Assembly: GCA_013239625.1 (NCBI GenBank)
Contig: MU053561.1
Coordinates: 1,345,520 to 1,409,519, forward strand
Length of the DNA stretch: 64,000 nucleotides
DNA from: Lama guanicoe
Lineage: Eukaryota
Direction of reading: 5' to 3'
In this document: positions 38,428 through 50,330 of the stretch, one piece after another
Numbering within the stretch: position 1 is the stretch's first letter
How the letters are laid out: each line of letters begins with the position of its first letter
Notes under the pieces: model-generated
What the model was told of the DNA's origin: nothing
Seen by the model: only the letters and a program-made list of their open reading frames with translations
Databases searched by the model: none
Position numbers and translations under genes: made by a program

Positions 38428-41400
38428 TTTTTTTATTGTGGTAAAATACATATAAAATTTACCATCTTAACGATTTTTAAGTTGTTATAGTTCAGTAGTA
38501 TTGAGTACATTCATGTTGTACAAACATCATCACCTCCATTTCCAGAAATCTTTTTATCTTGCAAAACTGAAACTCTGTACTCATTAAATAACACCTAACC
38601 CCCACCCCCCAGCTCCAGGCCCTGGCAACCACCATTCTTTCTAATTCTGAGTAATCTAGGTACCTTGTGTAAGTGGAATCAGGGAGCATTGTCTTTTCTG
38701 TGACTGACTTATTTCACTGAGCATAATGTCCTCAAGGTTATTCCATACTGGGCATTATCAGAATTTTCTTTCCTTCCCTTAACCTGAGTAATATTCCATT
38801 GTTTGTATATGCCACATTTTGCTTATTAATACATCCATCAACTCTCTGATTGCTTCTACATTTCAGCTGTTGTGAATAATGCAGTCATGAACATAGGTAT
38901 ACGTATATACCCTTCAGGACCTTGATTTCAATTCTTTTGGGTATGTACACAAAAGTAGAGTCACTGGATCATATGATAAGTCTATTTTTAATTTAAGGAA
39001 CTACCGTACTGTTTTCCTACACCATTTTACATTCCTACCAACAATGCACAGGAGTTCCAGTTTCTCCACATTTTCACCACCATTTGTTATTTTGTTTTTG
39101 TGACAGTAACCATCTGAATGGGTGTGAGGTGATAACTCACTGTGGATTTGATTTGCTTCTCCCTAAGGGTTAGTGATGTTGAGCATCTTTTCAGTGTGCT
39201 TATTGGCTATTCATGTATATTTTTTGGAGAAATATCTGTTCAAGTCCTTTGCCCATTTTTGAATTGGGTTGTTTATGTCTAAGTTTGTTTTTGTTGTAAA
39301 GTTTGAGGAGTTCTCTATGTATTCTGGATATGAATTCCTTATCACATATATGATTTTCAAATATTTTATTCCATTCTGTGGATTGCCTTTTCACTCTGCT
39401 GATAGTGTCTTTTGAGCAAAGAAAATTTTAATTTGTAGGAAGTCCAATTTGTCTATTTTTTCTTCTTTTGTTGCCTATATACAAGAAATCACTGCCAATT
39501 CAATGTTGGAAAACTTTTGTCCTATGTTTTCTTCTAAGAGTTTGAGTTTTAGCTTTCACAGTTAGATCTTTGGCCATTTTGAGCAAATTTTTATATATGG
39601 TGTGAGGTGCAACTATATTCTTTCATCTGGAGATACCTGGTTTTCCTAGCACCATTTGTTGAAAAGACTTCCTTTTCTCCACTGAATGGTCTTGGAACTC
39701 TTGTCAAAAAATCATTCTACCGTATCTGTGAGGGTTTATATCTGAGCTCTCTGTTCTAGTGCATGTTGGTCTATATGAATGTCTGTATGCCAATACCACA
39801 TTGTTGTGATTACTGTAGCTCTGTAGTAGGTTTCGAAATCAGGAGGCTGAGTTCTCTAAATTTGTTCTTATGAAAGATTATTTTCACAATTTTAGATCCC
39901 TTGAGACTCCTATGAATTTTAGAATGAATTTTTCTATTTCTGTAAAAAATGTCATTGGAATTTGAATAGGGATTGCATTGAATCTGTAGATAGCTTTGGA
40001 TAATACTGACATTTAACAACAGTAAGTCTTCTAATCCATGAAGATGGATGTCTTTCAGTTAATTTATGTCTTTAATTTTTTCAGTAGTGCTTTGTAGTTT
40101 ACACTGTACAAGTCCATCTCTTTGGTAAAATTAATTCTTAAGTATTTTCTTTTTTGATGCTGTTGTAAATGGAATTGTTTTCTTAATTTCCTTTTTAGAT
40201 TGTTCATTGTTAGTATGTAGAAATGCAGCTGATTTTTGTGTGTTGAGTTTTTATCCTGCTTCTTTGCTGAATTTATTAGTTCTGACTTTTTTGTGGAATC
40301 TTTAAGGCTTTCTATGTATAAGATCACATCATCTGCACACAGAGATAATTTTATTTCTTCTTTTCCAAGCTGAATACCTTTATCTTTTCTTACGTGATTG
40401 CTGTGGCTAGAACTTTCCATATTACGTTGAATAAAAGTGGTGATAGTGGGCATCTGTTTTGTTCCTGACATTAGAGGAAATGCTTTCAGCTTTTCACCAC
40501 TTTTCACATAGTAGTTCTAAGTTTGTCATATATGGCCTTTATTATGTTGAAGCATGTTCCCTAACACTTTGTTGTGAGTTTTTATCAGAAATAGATGTTG
40601 AATTTTGTCAACATCTGCGTCTACTGAGACAATCATACTTTTTTTTATTTTGTTTTCTTAATGTGGTGGATTGATTTGTGAATATTTAAATATCCTTGCA
40701 TCTTTGGAATAAATCCCACTTGATCATAATGTATAATACTTTTAATGCCTTTATCTGGGTTTTTATCAGGGTAATACTGTCCTGATAGAATGAGTTTAGA
40801 AGTGTTCCTTCGTCTTCAATTATTTGGAATAGTTTGAGAATGAAAGGTATTAACTAGTCTTTAAACGTTCGGTATAATCCACCTGTGAAACAGTGTGGTA
40901 TGGGACTTTTGTTGGAAGTTTTTTGTTTTTTCACTGATTCAGTTTCATTACTAGTGATTGGTCAGTTTGGGTTTTCTGTCTTACCCTGATTCAGTCTTGG
41001 AAGACTGTATGTTTCTAGGAATTTATTTCTTCCAGGGTGTCCAATTTGATGGCATATAATTGTTCGTAGTAATCTCTTACGATCCTTTGTATTTCTGTGA
41101 TATCAGTTGTAACTTCTCTTTCATTTCTGCTTTTATTTATTTGGGGCCTCTCTTGTCCTTGATGAGTCTACCTAAAAGGTTATTAATTTTGTTTATCCTT
41201 TCAAAGAACCAGCTTTTCTTCTGTTTTATTTTTCTTCATTGCTCTTTTCTTCTGTTTTATTTTTAGTCTCTTATTTCATTTATTGCCACTCTGATCTTTA
41301 TTTCCTTCTGTCTACCACCTTTGGCCTTTGTTCTTCTCTTTCTGGTTCCCTTAGGTGTAAGGTTAGATTGTTGATTTGAGATTTTTCTTGTTTCCTGGGC

Positions 41401-44400
41401 TGGGCCTGTATCACTATCAAGTTCCCTCTTGGAGCTGCTTTCGCTGCATCCCATAGACTTCGGAATGTTGTTTTCATTTTCATTTGTCTTAAGGTATTTT
41501 TTGATTTCCTCTTTGTTTCCTTCACTGACTCATTGGTTGTTTAGTAGCATGTTGGTTAGCCTCGATGGGTTTGTGTTTTTTCTAGTTTTCTTCCAGGAAT
41601 TGATTTCTAGTTTCATCCTGTTCTGGTTGGAAAAAATATTTGATATGATTTCAACCTTACTAAGACTTATTTTATGATCTGCCATGCTGTCTATCCTTGA
41701 GAACATTACATGTGCACTTGAAAAGAACGTGTATTCTGTTTTGGGGTGGAATATTTTATATCTATTAAGTCAGTCAGATCTAATATGTTGTTTAGGGCCA
41801 GTGTTTCTTTATTGATTTTCTGTCTGGATTATCTATCCATTGCTGTGCGCGGGGTGTTAAAGCCCACTACGGTTATTGTAGCACAGTCAGTATCTCCCGT
41901 TATGTCTGCTAATATTTGCTTTATATATTTAGGTTAAGTGGATGGATATTTATTTACGAGTATCACATCCTCTTGTTGGACTGATCCCTTTATCATAATG
42001 TAATCCCTTTCTTTGTTTCTTGTTGCAGTCTTTGTTTTAAAGTATATTTTGTCTAACATAAGTATTGCTACTCCAGTTTCATTTCATTTCCATTTGCATG
42101 GAATACCTTTTTTCATCTCCTCACTTTAGTCTGTCTGTGACCTTAGATCTGAAGTGAGTCCTTCGTAGGCAACACATAGATGGGTCATTTTTTTATCCAT
42201 TCAGCTACTCTTATGTCCTTTGATTGGAGCATTTAGTCAATTTATGTTTAAAGTGGTTATTAATAGGTATGTACTCATTACCAATTTGTTGACTGTTTTC
42301 TGGTTGTTTTTACAGTTTTTCTCTTTTCCTTTCTTCTCTTGTTCTATTCTTTTGCAATTTGATGCTTTCCTTTAGTCTCATGCTTGTACTCTTATTTTTT
42401 GTGTATCTCTTAGAGGTTTTTGATTTGCAATTAGCATGAAGTCCATACATAACAAGCTATGTATATAGCAGTCTATGTTAATATGATGGTCCCTTACGTT
42501 CAAACACATTCTAAAAGCTCTACATTTTTACTCCCTCTGCCATATTTTTTCTTTTTTTATGTCCTGTTTTACATCTTTTAATTGTGTGTAGTGCTTAACT
42601 GCTTATTGTAGTTATAGATGATTTTACTACTTTTGTATTTAAATATTCATTACCTTTGTAGGTGGTTGATCCACTACCTTTACTGTATGTTTGTCTTTAC
42701 CAGTGAGATTTTTTCATTCACAATTTTCTTATTTGTAGTTACGGTCTTTTCTTTTTCTTTAACATTTCTTGTAAGGCCAGATTGGTGGTGATGAACTCCC
42801 TCAGCTTTTACTTGTCTCAAAAACTATTTATTGCTCCTTCAATTCTGACTGAAAATCTTGACAGGTAGAGTATTCTTTCAGTACTTTGAATACATCATGC
42901 CAGACTCTTCTGGCCTGTAATGCTCTGCTGAAAAATCAGTAGATAGTCTCACGGGGGTACCCTGTACGTTGTTGTTGTTGTTGTTGTTGTTGTCGTCATC
43001 ATTTTCCTCTTGCTGCTTTTAAAATTCTCTCTGAATCTTTAACTTCTGACATTTTAATTATGTATCTTGGTGCAGGTTTCTTGGGGTTCATTGTGTATGA
43101 AACTGTGCTTTCTGGACTTTGAAGTCTGTTTCTTTCCCCTGGAAGTTTTCAGCCATTATTTTTTTCAAATAGGTTTTCTGTCCCTTTCTCTCTCTCTTCT
43201 TCTCTGCTCCCTATAATGCAAATGTGGATGTACTTGATATTCTCTCAGAAGTCCCTTGAACTATCCTCATATTTTAAAATTCTTTTTTTCTTTTTGCTGT
43301 TCCAATTGGGTGATTTCCACTATCCTGTCTTCTAGATCACTTTTGTTTTTTTGCATCCTCTGACCTGCTGTTGATTCCTCTAGCATATTTTTCAGTTATT
43401 TTACTCGTCTGTTATGATTTGTTCTTCTTCATATTTTCTGTCTCTTTAAGTTCTCATTGAGTTCACCAATTCTTCTCCCAAGTTCAGCAAGCATCTTTAT
43501 GATTTCTTTTTTAACTTTTCATCTGGTAATTTTTAAAAATCTGTTTTATTTGTTTTTTTCCTGTGAGGTTTTGTCTTTTGCAAGGTATTCCTTTGTCTCC
43601 TTATTTTGCCTAACTCTGTTTCTACGTATTAAGTATATAAACTACATATCCTGGTCTTGAAAGAGTGGCCTTATATAGAAGTTGTTCTGTGGAGCACAGT
43701 GGTGCAATTCTCCCTGGTCACCAGAGCCAGGTGCTCTCTGAGTATCCTTTGTCTGGGCTGCATGCACGCTCTTATTGTGATTGGGTTGCAGACTGCTGTG
43801 GACTCCCGGTTAGGTGGGGCTCATCCCCAAACCAGCTGTCTATGAGGCCTGACTATGAATGCTTTGGGCATGCCAGTGAGCAAGACTGGCCCCTCTCAAG
43901 TGAGAGCTGCTTTGGAGGGACACTTGTGCTGGTTGCGGCCACCTGCCAATTGGGGTAGGACTGGCCCCCCCAGAGTGGGAGCCACGTTGGAGAGGTGTTG
44001 GTGGTGGCCAGAGGTACCTGTTATGTGGGGCAGGGCAAGAGCTGCTTGGGAGAGGTGCCCATGCTGGCTAGGACCTCAGCCAGATGAGGTGGAGTAGGAA
44101 CCACTTTGGAGGGGCCAGCTGGGGTTGGTGGGTTGGGCAGGCTGGTTCTTGGGGAAAAACTAGGGCACGGTGCAAAGTGTTAGCTAAGTTGATGAGGAGT
44201 GACAGAAATGGCACCCTCCAGTGCTGGGCCAGCTACATGGAAGGAGAGAAAATACAAATGGCATGCACCAGCACTTCTGTCCCTGGAAAAAGCCCTACCA
44301 GATCCCTGCTCCTCCAGAACATGCCCTAAAATTAGTCAGTGACTTTTTGTTATATGACTTGGTTACTTTTCAATCTGCTGCCTTAGTTTGTGTATGAGCC

Positions 44401-44795
44401 CTTCAAGAGTAGAGTGTTGGCTTCCCACAGCCCTCTGCTCTCCCAGACATAAGCCCCACTGGTTTCCAAAGCTCAAAGCTATGGGAACTTGTCCTTCTGG
44501 TGCACATCCCCAAGATGGGGATCTCAAAGTGGGGCTCAGACCCTTTGCTGCTCAACTCTGGACCTCCAGGGTTGTGATACCCTTCCCACTTGTGAGTTGT
44601 CACACCTGGAGTATGGGTTCTGACTAGACTGCATCTTCTTCTTCCTAGTCTTGATGTGGCCTTTTCTTTGTAGAAAATCTGTTCTGCTAATCTTCAGATT
44701 GTTTTGAGATATTGTTGTTCTGTATGAGTTGTAATTTTGGTATGTCTGTGGGAGGAGGTGACCTCAGGATTTTTTAACTTTACTATCTTGATCCA
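38428..44795 (-). mobile_element. Near full-length decayed LINE-1 (L1MB-type 3' end, ORF2, ORF1, GC-rich 5'UTR)
   Basis: 3' end ttttattgtggtaaaatacata; ORF2 peptides SGEKLKAFPL..EEIKLSLCADDVILYIE and LWDAAKA; GC-rich 5'UTR at 43650-44790 ending in the L1 start signature (rc gatcaagatag...ctgaggtcacctcctcccacagac). Confidence 0.9.
42968..42997. repeat. (GTT)8 microsatellite
   Basis: gtt x8 followed by gtcgtc. Confidence 0.95.
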
Positions 44796-44829
44796 TAGAT
44801 TGTGTTTGTTTGGTGGAACGTATTAAAAA

Positions 44830-47275
44830 AAAAGTCTTTTGACTGGAGAATTTAATCCATTTATACTTAAATTAATGATTGATAAGAAGGAATTTACTTT
44901 TTACTATTTGTTTTCTATTTGTCTTATAGCTTTTTTGTCCTCATTTCCTACATCACTGTTTTCTTTTGTATTTAGTTGATTTTTGCAGTGAAATTTTTTT
45001 TAATTTCCTTTTGTGTATATTCTGTAAGTATTTACCTTGTGGTTATCATGGGATTACATTTAACATCCTAAACTTATACACTCTAATTTTAATTTATACA
45101 AGCTTAACTTTTTTTCTTTTCTTTTTTTTAATGGAAGTACTGAGGATAGAATCCAGGACCTTGTGCATGTGTAGCATGTGCTCTACCACTGAGCTATACC
45201 CACCCCAGTAACTTTAATAACATAAAAATTCTTCTGTACAACTCTGTCCCCACCCCTTCCAGTTACTGATTTCACAAAACATCTTTATACACTGCATGTC
45301 CAAAACATATGCTAATAATTGTTTTCTATAAGACATTAGTCTCCTAAGTCCTGTAGTAAACAAAATGTGGAGTTACTAACCAAAATTACATAATAATTGC
45401 TTTTAGACTAATACATTTTTTAAAGTACTGGGCTCTTAAATCATATTGAAAACAGAAGGGGATTTACAAACCACTTTTACAATAATACTAGGGTAGCTTT
45501 TATAATTGCCTATGCATTTATCTACTGAGATCTTTCTTTCTTTATAAGGCTTTGAGTTACTGTCTAGTGTTCTTTCACTTCAACATGTAGGATTCCGTTT
45601 AGCATTATCTGAAGGTCAAGTCTAATGGTAATGAGTTCTCTTACATTTTATTTATCTAGGAATATGTTAATTTATCCTTTGCTTTTGAAGGACAGTTTTT
45701 TCCAGGTGCAGAGTTTCTGGTTTACAGATTCTTTTTCCTTTCCTTTTAGCAGTTTGAATATGTTGTCCTGCTGCCTTCTAGCTACCAGTTTCTGACGAGA
45801 AATATGTTGGTATTCTTATTGAGGTCCCTTGTGTGTGAGTAGTCACCTCTCTTGCTGCTTTCAAGTTTGTCGTTGTATATTGATGGTTTGATTGTAATGT
45901 GTCCTGGTGTGGGTGTCTTTGAATGCATCCTCTTTGGAGTTCCCTGAGATTCTTGGATGTTTATATTCATGTCTTTCATCAAATTGGGAAGTTTTTGGCC
46001 ATTACTTCAAATAATCTCTCTGCTGCTTTCTCTTTCTTTACTCCTCTTGGAACACCTCCACTGTAAGTGTTGATTCAGTTGATGATGTCCTACAAATTCC
46101 TTAGGCTCTGTTCCTTTTTCTTCAATCTATTTTTTTTGTTCTTCAGACTTCATAATTTAAATTATCCTATCATCAATTTCACTGATTCGTTCACTCCCTG
46201 CTCAAATCTACCTATGAATCCCTCTGGTGAATTTTTTATTTCAATTATTTTACTTTTTAGCTCTAGAATTTCTTTTTGGTTTTCTTTAGGTTTTATAGTC
46301 TTTATGGATATTTCTACTTAGTCCATACATTATTTTGTTGACTTTTTCCATGTCTTTTTTTAGTTCTTCAAGTGCTTTAAAACAGTTATTTTTAAGTCTG
46401 CTAGGTGCTCATCTGATCTTTCTCTGGGACAATTTCTGTTGGTTTATTTTTTGTCCTTTGAATGGGACATACTTTATTGTTTCTTTTGTATGCTCTGTAA
46501 TTTCTGTTGAAAACTGTACACTTGAATCTAATGTCATGGTGATTCTAGAAATTAGATTCTTTTCCTTCCTATCATTTGCTGGGTGTTGTTTTGTTTCATT
46601 TAGCCTTTTTAAAAAGATTGATTGCTGTAGATGATCTCTATGCTGATGATCAGCCTGAGATATAAACTTACAGTTTTGTCAGGTCTTCTCTGAGCCTGTG
46701 CCTTTCCCTGAGCATGCACACTGACTTTCTGATTTCCCCAGTGTATGCAAATGCTTTTGAATATCCTAGTCTTTAATGTCAGGCTTCCAAAAGGGAAAAA
46801 AAAAAAAAAAGAAGGCTCCCATTCTTTTAAATCCTCTGTAAATCACTTCAGCTGGAGAGGGAGGGTTTTGTAACAATAGGGGAGGGAGCTGCAACAGAGT
46901 TGTCTGCCTCTGCTGCTTTTGATCATGGAGGTGCAGATGCAATCAGCAGTCAGAATGCAGATCTCCAGTATTTGTATAATAGAATCCTTATTACCTACCC
47001 TGGTTCCTGCAGGCTGTTCCAGGTACACATACCCAGCTGTCTGCCCTGAGATTGATGGCAGGGAGGGGATATCTAGCCTCTTCTGAGATAAGAGCTGAAA
47101 TTGATGGAATTTCACTACAATTTACTGTCCAAGTCTTCCCCTGGAAGCTACAAACCTTCAGAAGGCTCCAGAGTTCCAGAACAGTTACATTAGACAGATC
47201 CTGCCAGTACCTTTGCCTAGGGAGAGAGACAATTACTGGTGCTTTCCTCTCAGCCATCTTCCCAGAATCCTCCCT
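44830..47275 (-). mobile_element. Second LINE-1 5' half (ORF2 start, ORF1, 5'UTR) of an older subfamily
   Basis: ORF1-like NINIQESQGTPKRMHSKTPTPGHITIK; L1M 5' terminus rc gaggattctgggaagatggctgagaggaaagca at ~47240-47272. Confidence 0.8.
45111..45206 (-). mobile_element. tRNA-Ala-derived simple SINE (Vic-1-like, camelid)
   Basis: rc GGGGTGGGTATAGCTCAGTGGTAGAGCACATGCT..CATGCACAAGGTCCTGGATTCTATCCTCAGTACTTCCA plus A tail; A box and degenerate B box; short TSD taacttt. Confidence 0.9.
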
Positions 47276-47299
47276 TCCATCTGTTGCCCTTTTTAGGGG

Positions 47300-47870
47300 C
47301 AAATTTAGCAGAATCTATTGAATTGCCTTATCTTTGATCCAGAAACTCGACTATTACAAACTAGTCCTATAGAAAATATTCACAAGCATATATTCACACA
47401 CAAAGTTATACGTACAAGAAAGTTCCCTGCTAGCAATGTTTATAATAATGACAAGTGGGAAATAATCTAAATCTAAATGTTCATCAATAGGGGGATGGTT
47501 AAATATATATGATAAATTATATAATGATATACTTATAATACATTAAAAATATATGTTGTATACATGCACTGCAATATTGGGTACTGATGAAAAGACTGGG
47601 ATAGATAAAATGGACTGGCATCAAAAGATCCTAAATTCTAGTATTTGAAAAAAAATCAAGTTATAGAAAAGTGTATTTAGTATGAGTCCATTTGTGTATG
47701 AAAAAATCAACATATATAAATAGTAAATTAAAAGTTCTGAAAGAATAAACAAATATTTATCAATAATTGTTATCTCTAGGAGGGGCATGGGAACGGAGAG
47801 AGTGGAAAAGAAAACTAACCCTTTTATTCCATATACTTACGTACTATTTGACTCTTTTACAAGGAGCATG
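47300..47870 (+). mobile_element. Ancient LINE-1 (L1ME-like) 3' region
   Basis: ctaaatgttcatcaatagggggatggttaaat; gttatctctaggagg. Confidence 0.7.
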
Positions 47871-48067
47871 TATTCCTGTAGCACAGATCCACTTTTTAAT
47901 AATAAAATAATTTTCCATAAATATTTTCATGTTTCTGTATAGTCAGGACATACTACTGAAAAGAACTTTCTGGAAACTTTGGTTAAAAATTATTGTATAC
48001 CAAATAAGTCTTGGAAGTTGAAGATTATGTATTATTTTAGAGAGATAAAAAGTCTTCTCTCTCGTAG

Positions 48068-48098
48068 AGCCAGTTATTTACATCCCATGGTGGTGAAG
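48068..48098 (+). other. Candidate micro-exon (31 nt)
   Basis: Acceptor tcttctctctcgtag and donor AAG|gtaagc in unique sequence. Confidence 0.25.
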
Positions 48099-49405
48099 GT
48101 AAGCTGGAGATTTCTTCTCCTCTTCCTAGAGATCAGTTTACATTCTAGAGCAAAAAGCAAATGCCCTTCTTTCTCTCTCCCTCCCTCTCTCTTTCTTTTC
48201 CTTGTGGAGGGGAGGAGGGTCACATGTGTTAGTAGCTCCTGTATAAGCTCCAAGTTTCAAAATACCGGTGTTAACGCTTCTATAATGCACACCCTGCTGC
48301 ACGTGCAAGTACCTCTGACTCAGGACGTCACCATGTGACAAGCTGTGGCATGGGAGACTGATGCAGGATGTTCTTTGAGAAAATAAAAGGTCTCATCCCT
48401 GATTTACAGATTCTTTGTTTCTGGAAATGGGTGTGTGTATGTATTTGTATAACTTTGCAAGTTAACTTGTTAGCTTTCAAATAGGAAAATATCTCATCCT
48501 CTTCAGTTTTAGACTCAACACCAGGCACAGTAAGTTGAGTTGAGCTGTCTGGTGCATTCTGCCACTCCACAGATTAAGGATGGGAGCCCACAGTCATGGA
48601 CTATCAGGGATGGACTACGTAGTAGGGGTGGGAAATGCTGCGATTTTATTTCTGAGGCAGCCCTGGAATGAACACCTGGATTGTGTGCTCTGGTGAGGGG
48701 GTAAGGCACTTCTGCTACAATAGGGGTCCCACATAAGTGGAGGAGACCTGAGCTGAGTGACATACAACAGGATCCCATCTGGATTTGTAGAAGGGGATTA
48801 GTCTGACTTCTGTCTGAAACCACCTCAGCCTTTTCCAAGAGAAAGAAAATTAAGATCATTTTAGAAAAAGGAATTTGCAGCTCTGAGTGTATGCATACCA
48901 AAGTGCGTACTGAGCCCTCTTCCAGGCTGCCCTGAGAACACACCCAAGACAACACTCTTCAGCCCTCCCCCTCAACCCTAAAGGAAATTCTTATGTTGAC
49001 ATTTCAGTTTTCTAGAATGGTCATCTCAGGACCCTCTATTTCTTGGCAGTCTTTGTCTTCTACTGGGAATACCCCTTGGAGATTACAATCCTAGGATAGC
49101 GGGCAAAGAAGGGACTATAGAAAACACCTTCATTGTGGACATGAAGAAACTGATGCTCTGAGGAGTTTGAAGCCCACTATCTTCTGATAACCACTTTTCT
49201 GTTGATGGACCCATTCTTTTTGTTGTTCATTATTTCAAGACATATTTTTTTTGTCACATGGGTTTGGTCTTAATCATTTTGCATCTCTAAGGTCACTTTT
49301 CCTTAAGATTTGTTTTGTGCTTATTATAGTGACCCTTATCCATAGGGTCTAGTTAATAACTACATTTCCTCCCACGATTTGCTTTTTCAAGATTCTGTTA
49401 CATTT

Positions 49406-49590
49406 CAGCACTGTCAATAGAACTTTCTCTGATGGACATGTTCTATAATCTGCATTGTCCAATATGATAGCCATTAGCAACACCGGGCTATTGAGCACTT
49501 CAAATGTGACTTGTAAGATGGAGAAAATTTTTAGTACTATTTGATCTTAATTCAGTCAATGTGGGTAGTGGCTACTGTGTTGGAGAGCAA
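49406..49590. mobile_element. MER3 hAT-Charlie MITE
   Basis: ctgtcaatagaactttc..tgtccaatatgatagccattagc..ggctattgagcactt..tagtggctactgtgttgga. Confidence 0.85.
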
Positions 49591-49969
49591 AGTTCTACAC
49601 AATTACTAACTTTCTTCCTTGCTCAACCACTTCTAGGCTAAGAAGTGTCAGCTCATAGATAATTTGGATAAGAAAGCTATCTTGACAGCCTGCTATCATG
49701 GCCTAGGCTGCTCCAAAGACTCTGTTGTATTTGCTTTTTCTAAGGCAGAAGTGACTTGGCAGCTTTACAGCAGGATGTAATCAGCTGAAGACTGAGAACA
49801 TCTGGGCCATGAGAAGCGTGGGAAGATCAGAACAGTGATGTAAGAGGATGATTTTGGATGGCCTTGTGTTGCCTCATGAATGTAAGAACAAGATAAAATG
49901 CACTGGAAAGAGAGGTAATGGATGAAATGCAAAGAAAATACTCACAGTGGATGGAAAATCTGAATGGAT

Positions 49970-50330
49970 ACTAAGCCTAATGTCTTATGAATACTGCCTG
50001 TGCCCCAAGAATTGTACTCAGCCTTGTACATGCACTATTTCATTTAATCTTTGCAACAACTCCATGAGGTGGACATTATTATTACAGATAAAGAAACAAA
50101 ATGTCACACAACTACAAAGTGGAGGATCCAAGACCCCAAATCAGGCCTACCTGTGTCCAGAGCCCTGCATCTCCATCCACACTAGGAGATGGAGGTCGTA
50201 ATTCCAGCTCTATTATTACCTTTTTGTGTGATCTTTTGCAAATAATCTCACCTCTCTGGACTTTATTTGTAAAATACAGAGGTTGGGTTGAATGGTTTCT
50301 AAGTTCTCATTTAACTTTGAGATCCTAAAA
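49970..50330. mobile_element. Two MIR remnants in opposite orientation
   Basis: tttcatttaatctttgcaacaactccatgaggt (-); tgtgtgatcttttgcaaataatctcacctctctggac (+). Confidence 0.65.

Noticed and set aside
45131..45206. Functional tRNA-Ala gene
   Set aside because: The anticodon arm and B box are mutated, and it has an A tail and TSD, so it is a SINE.
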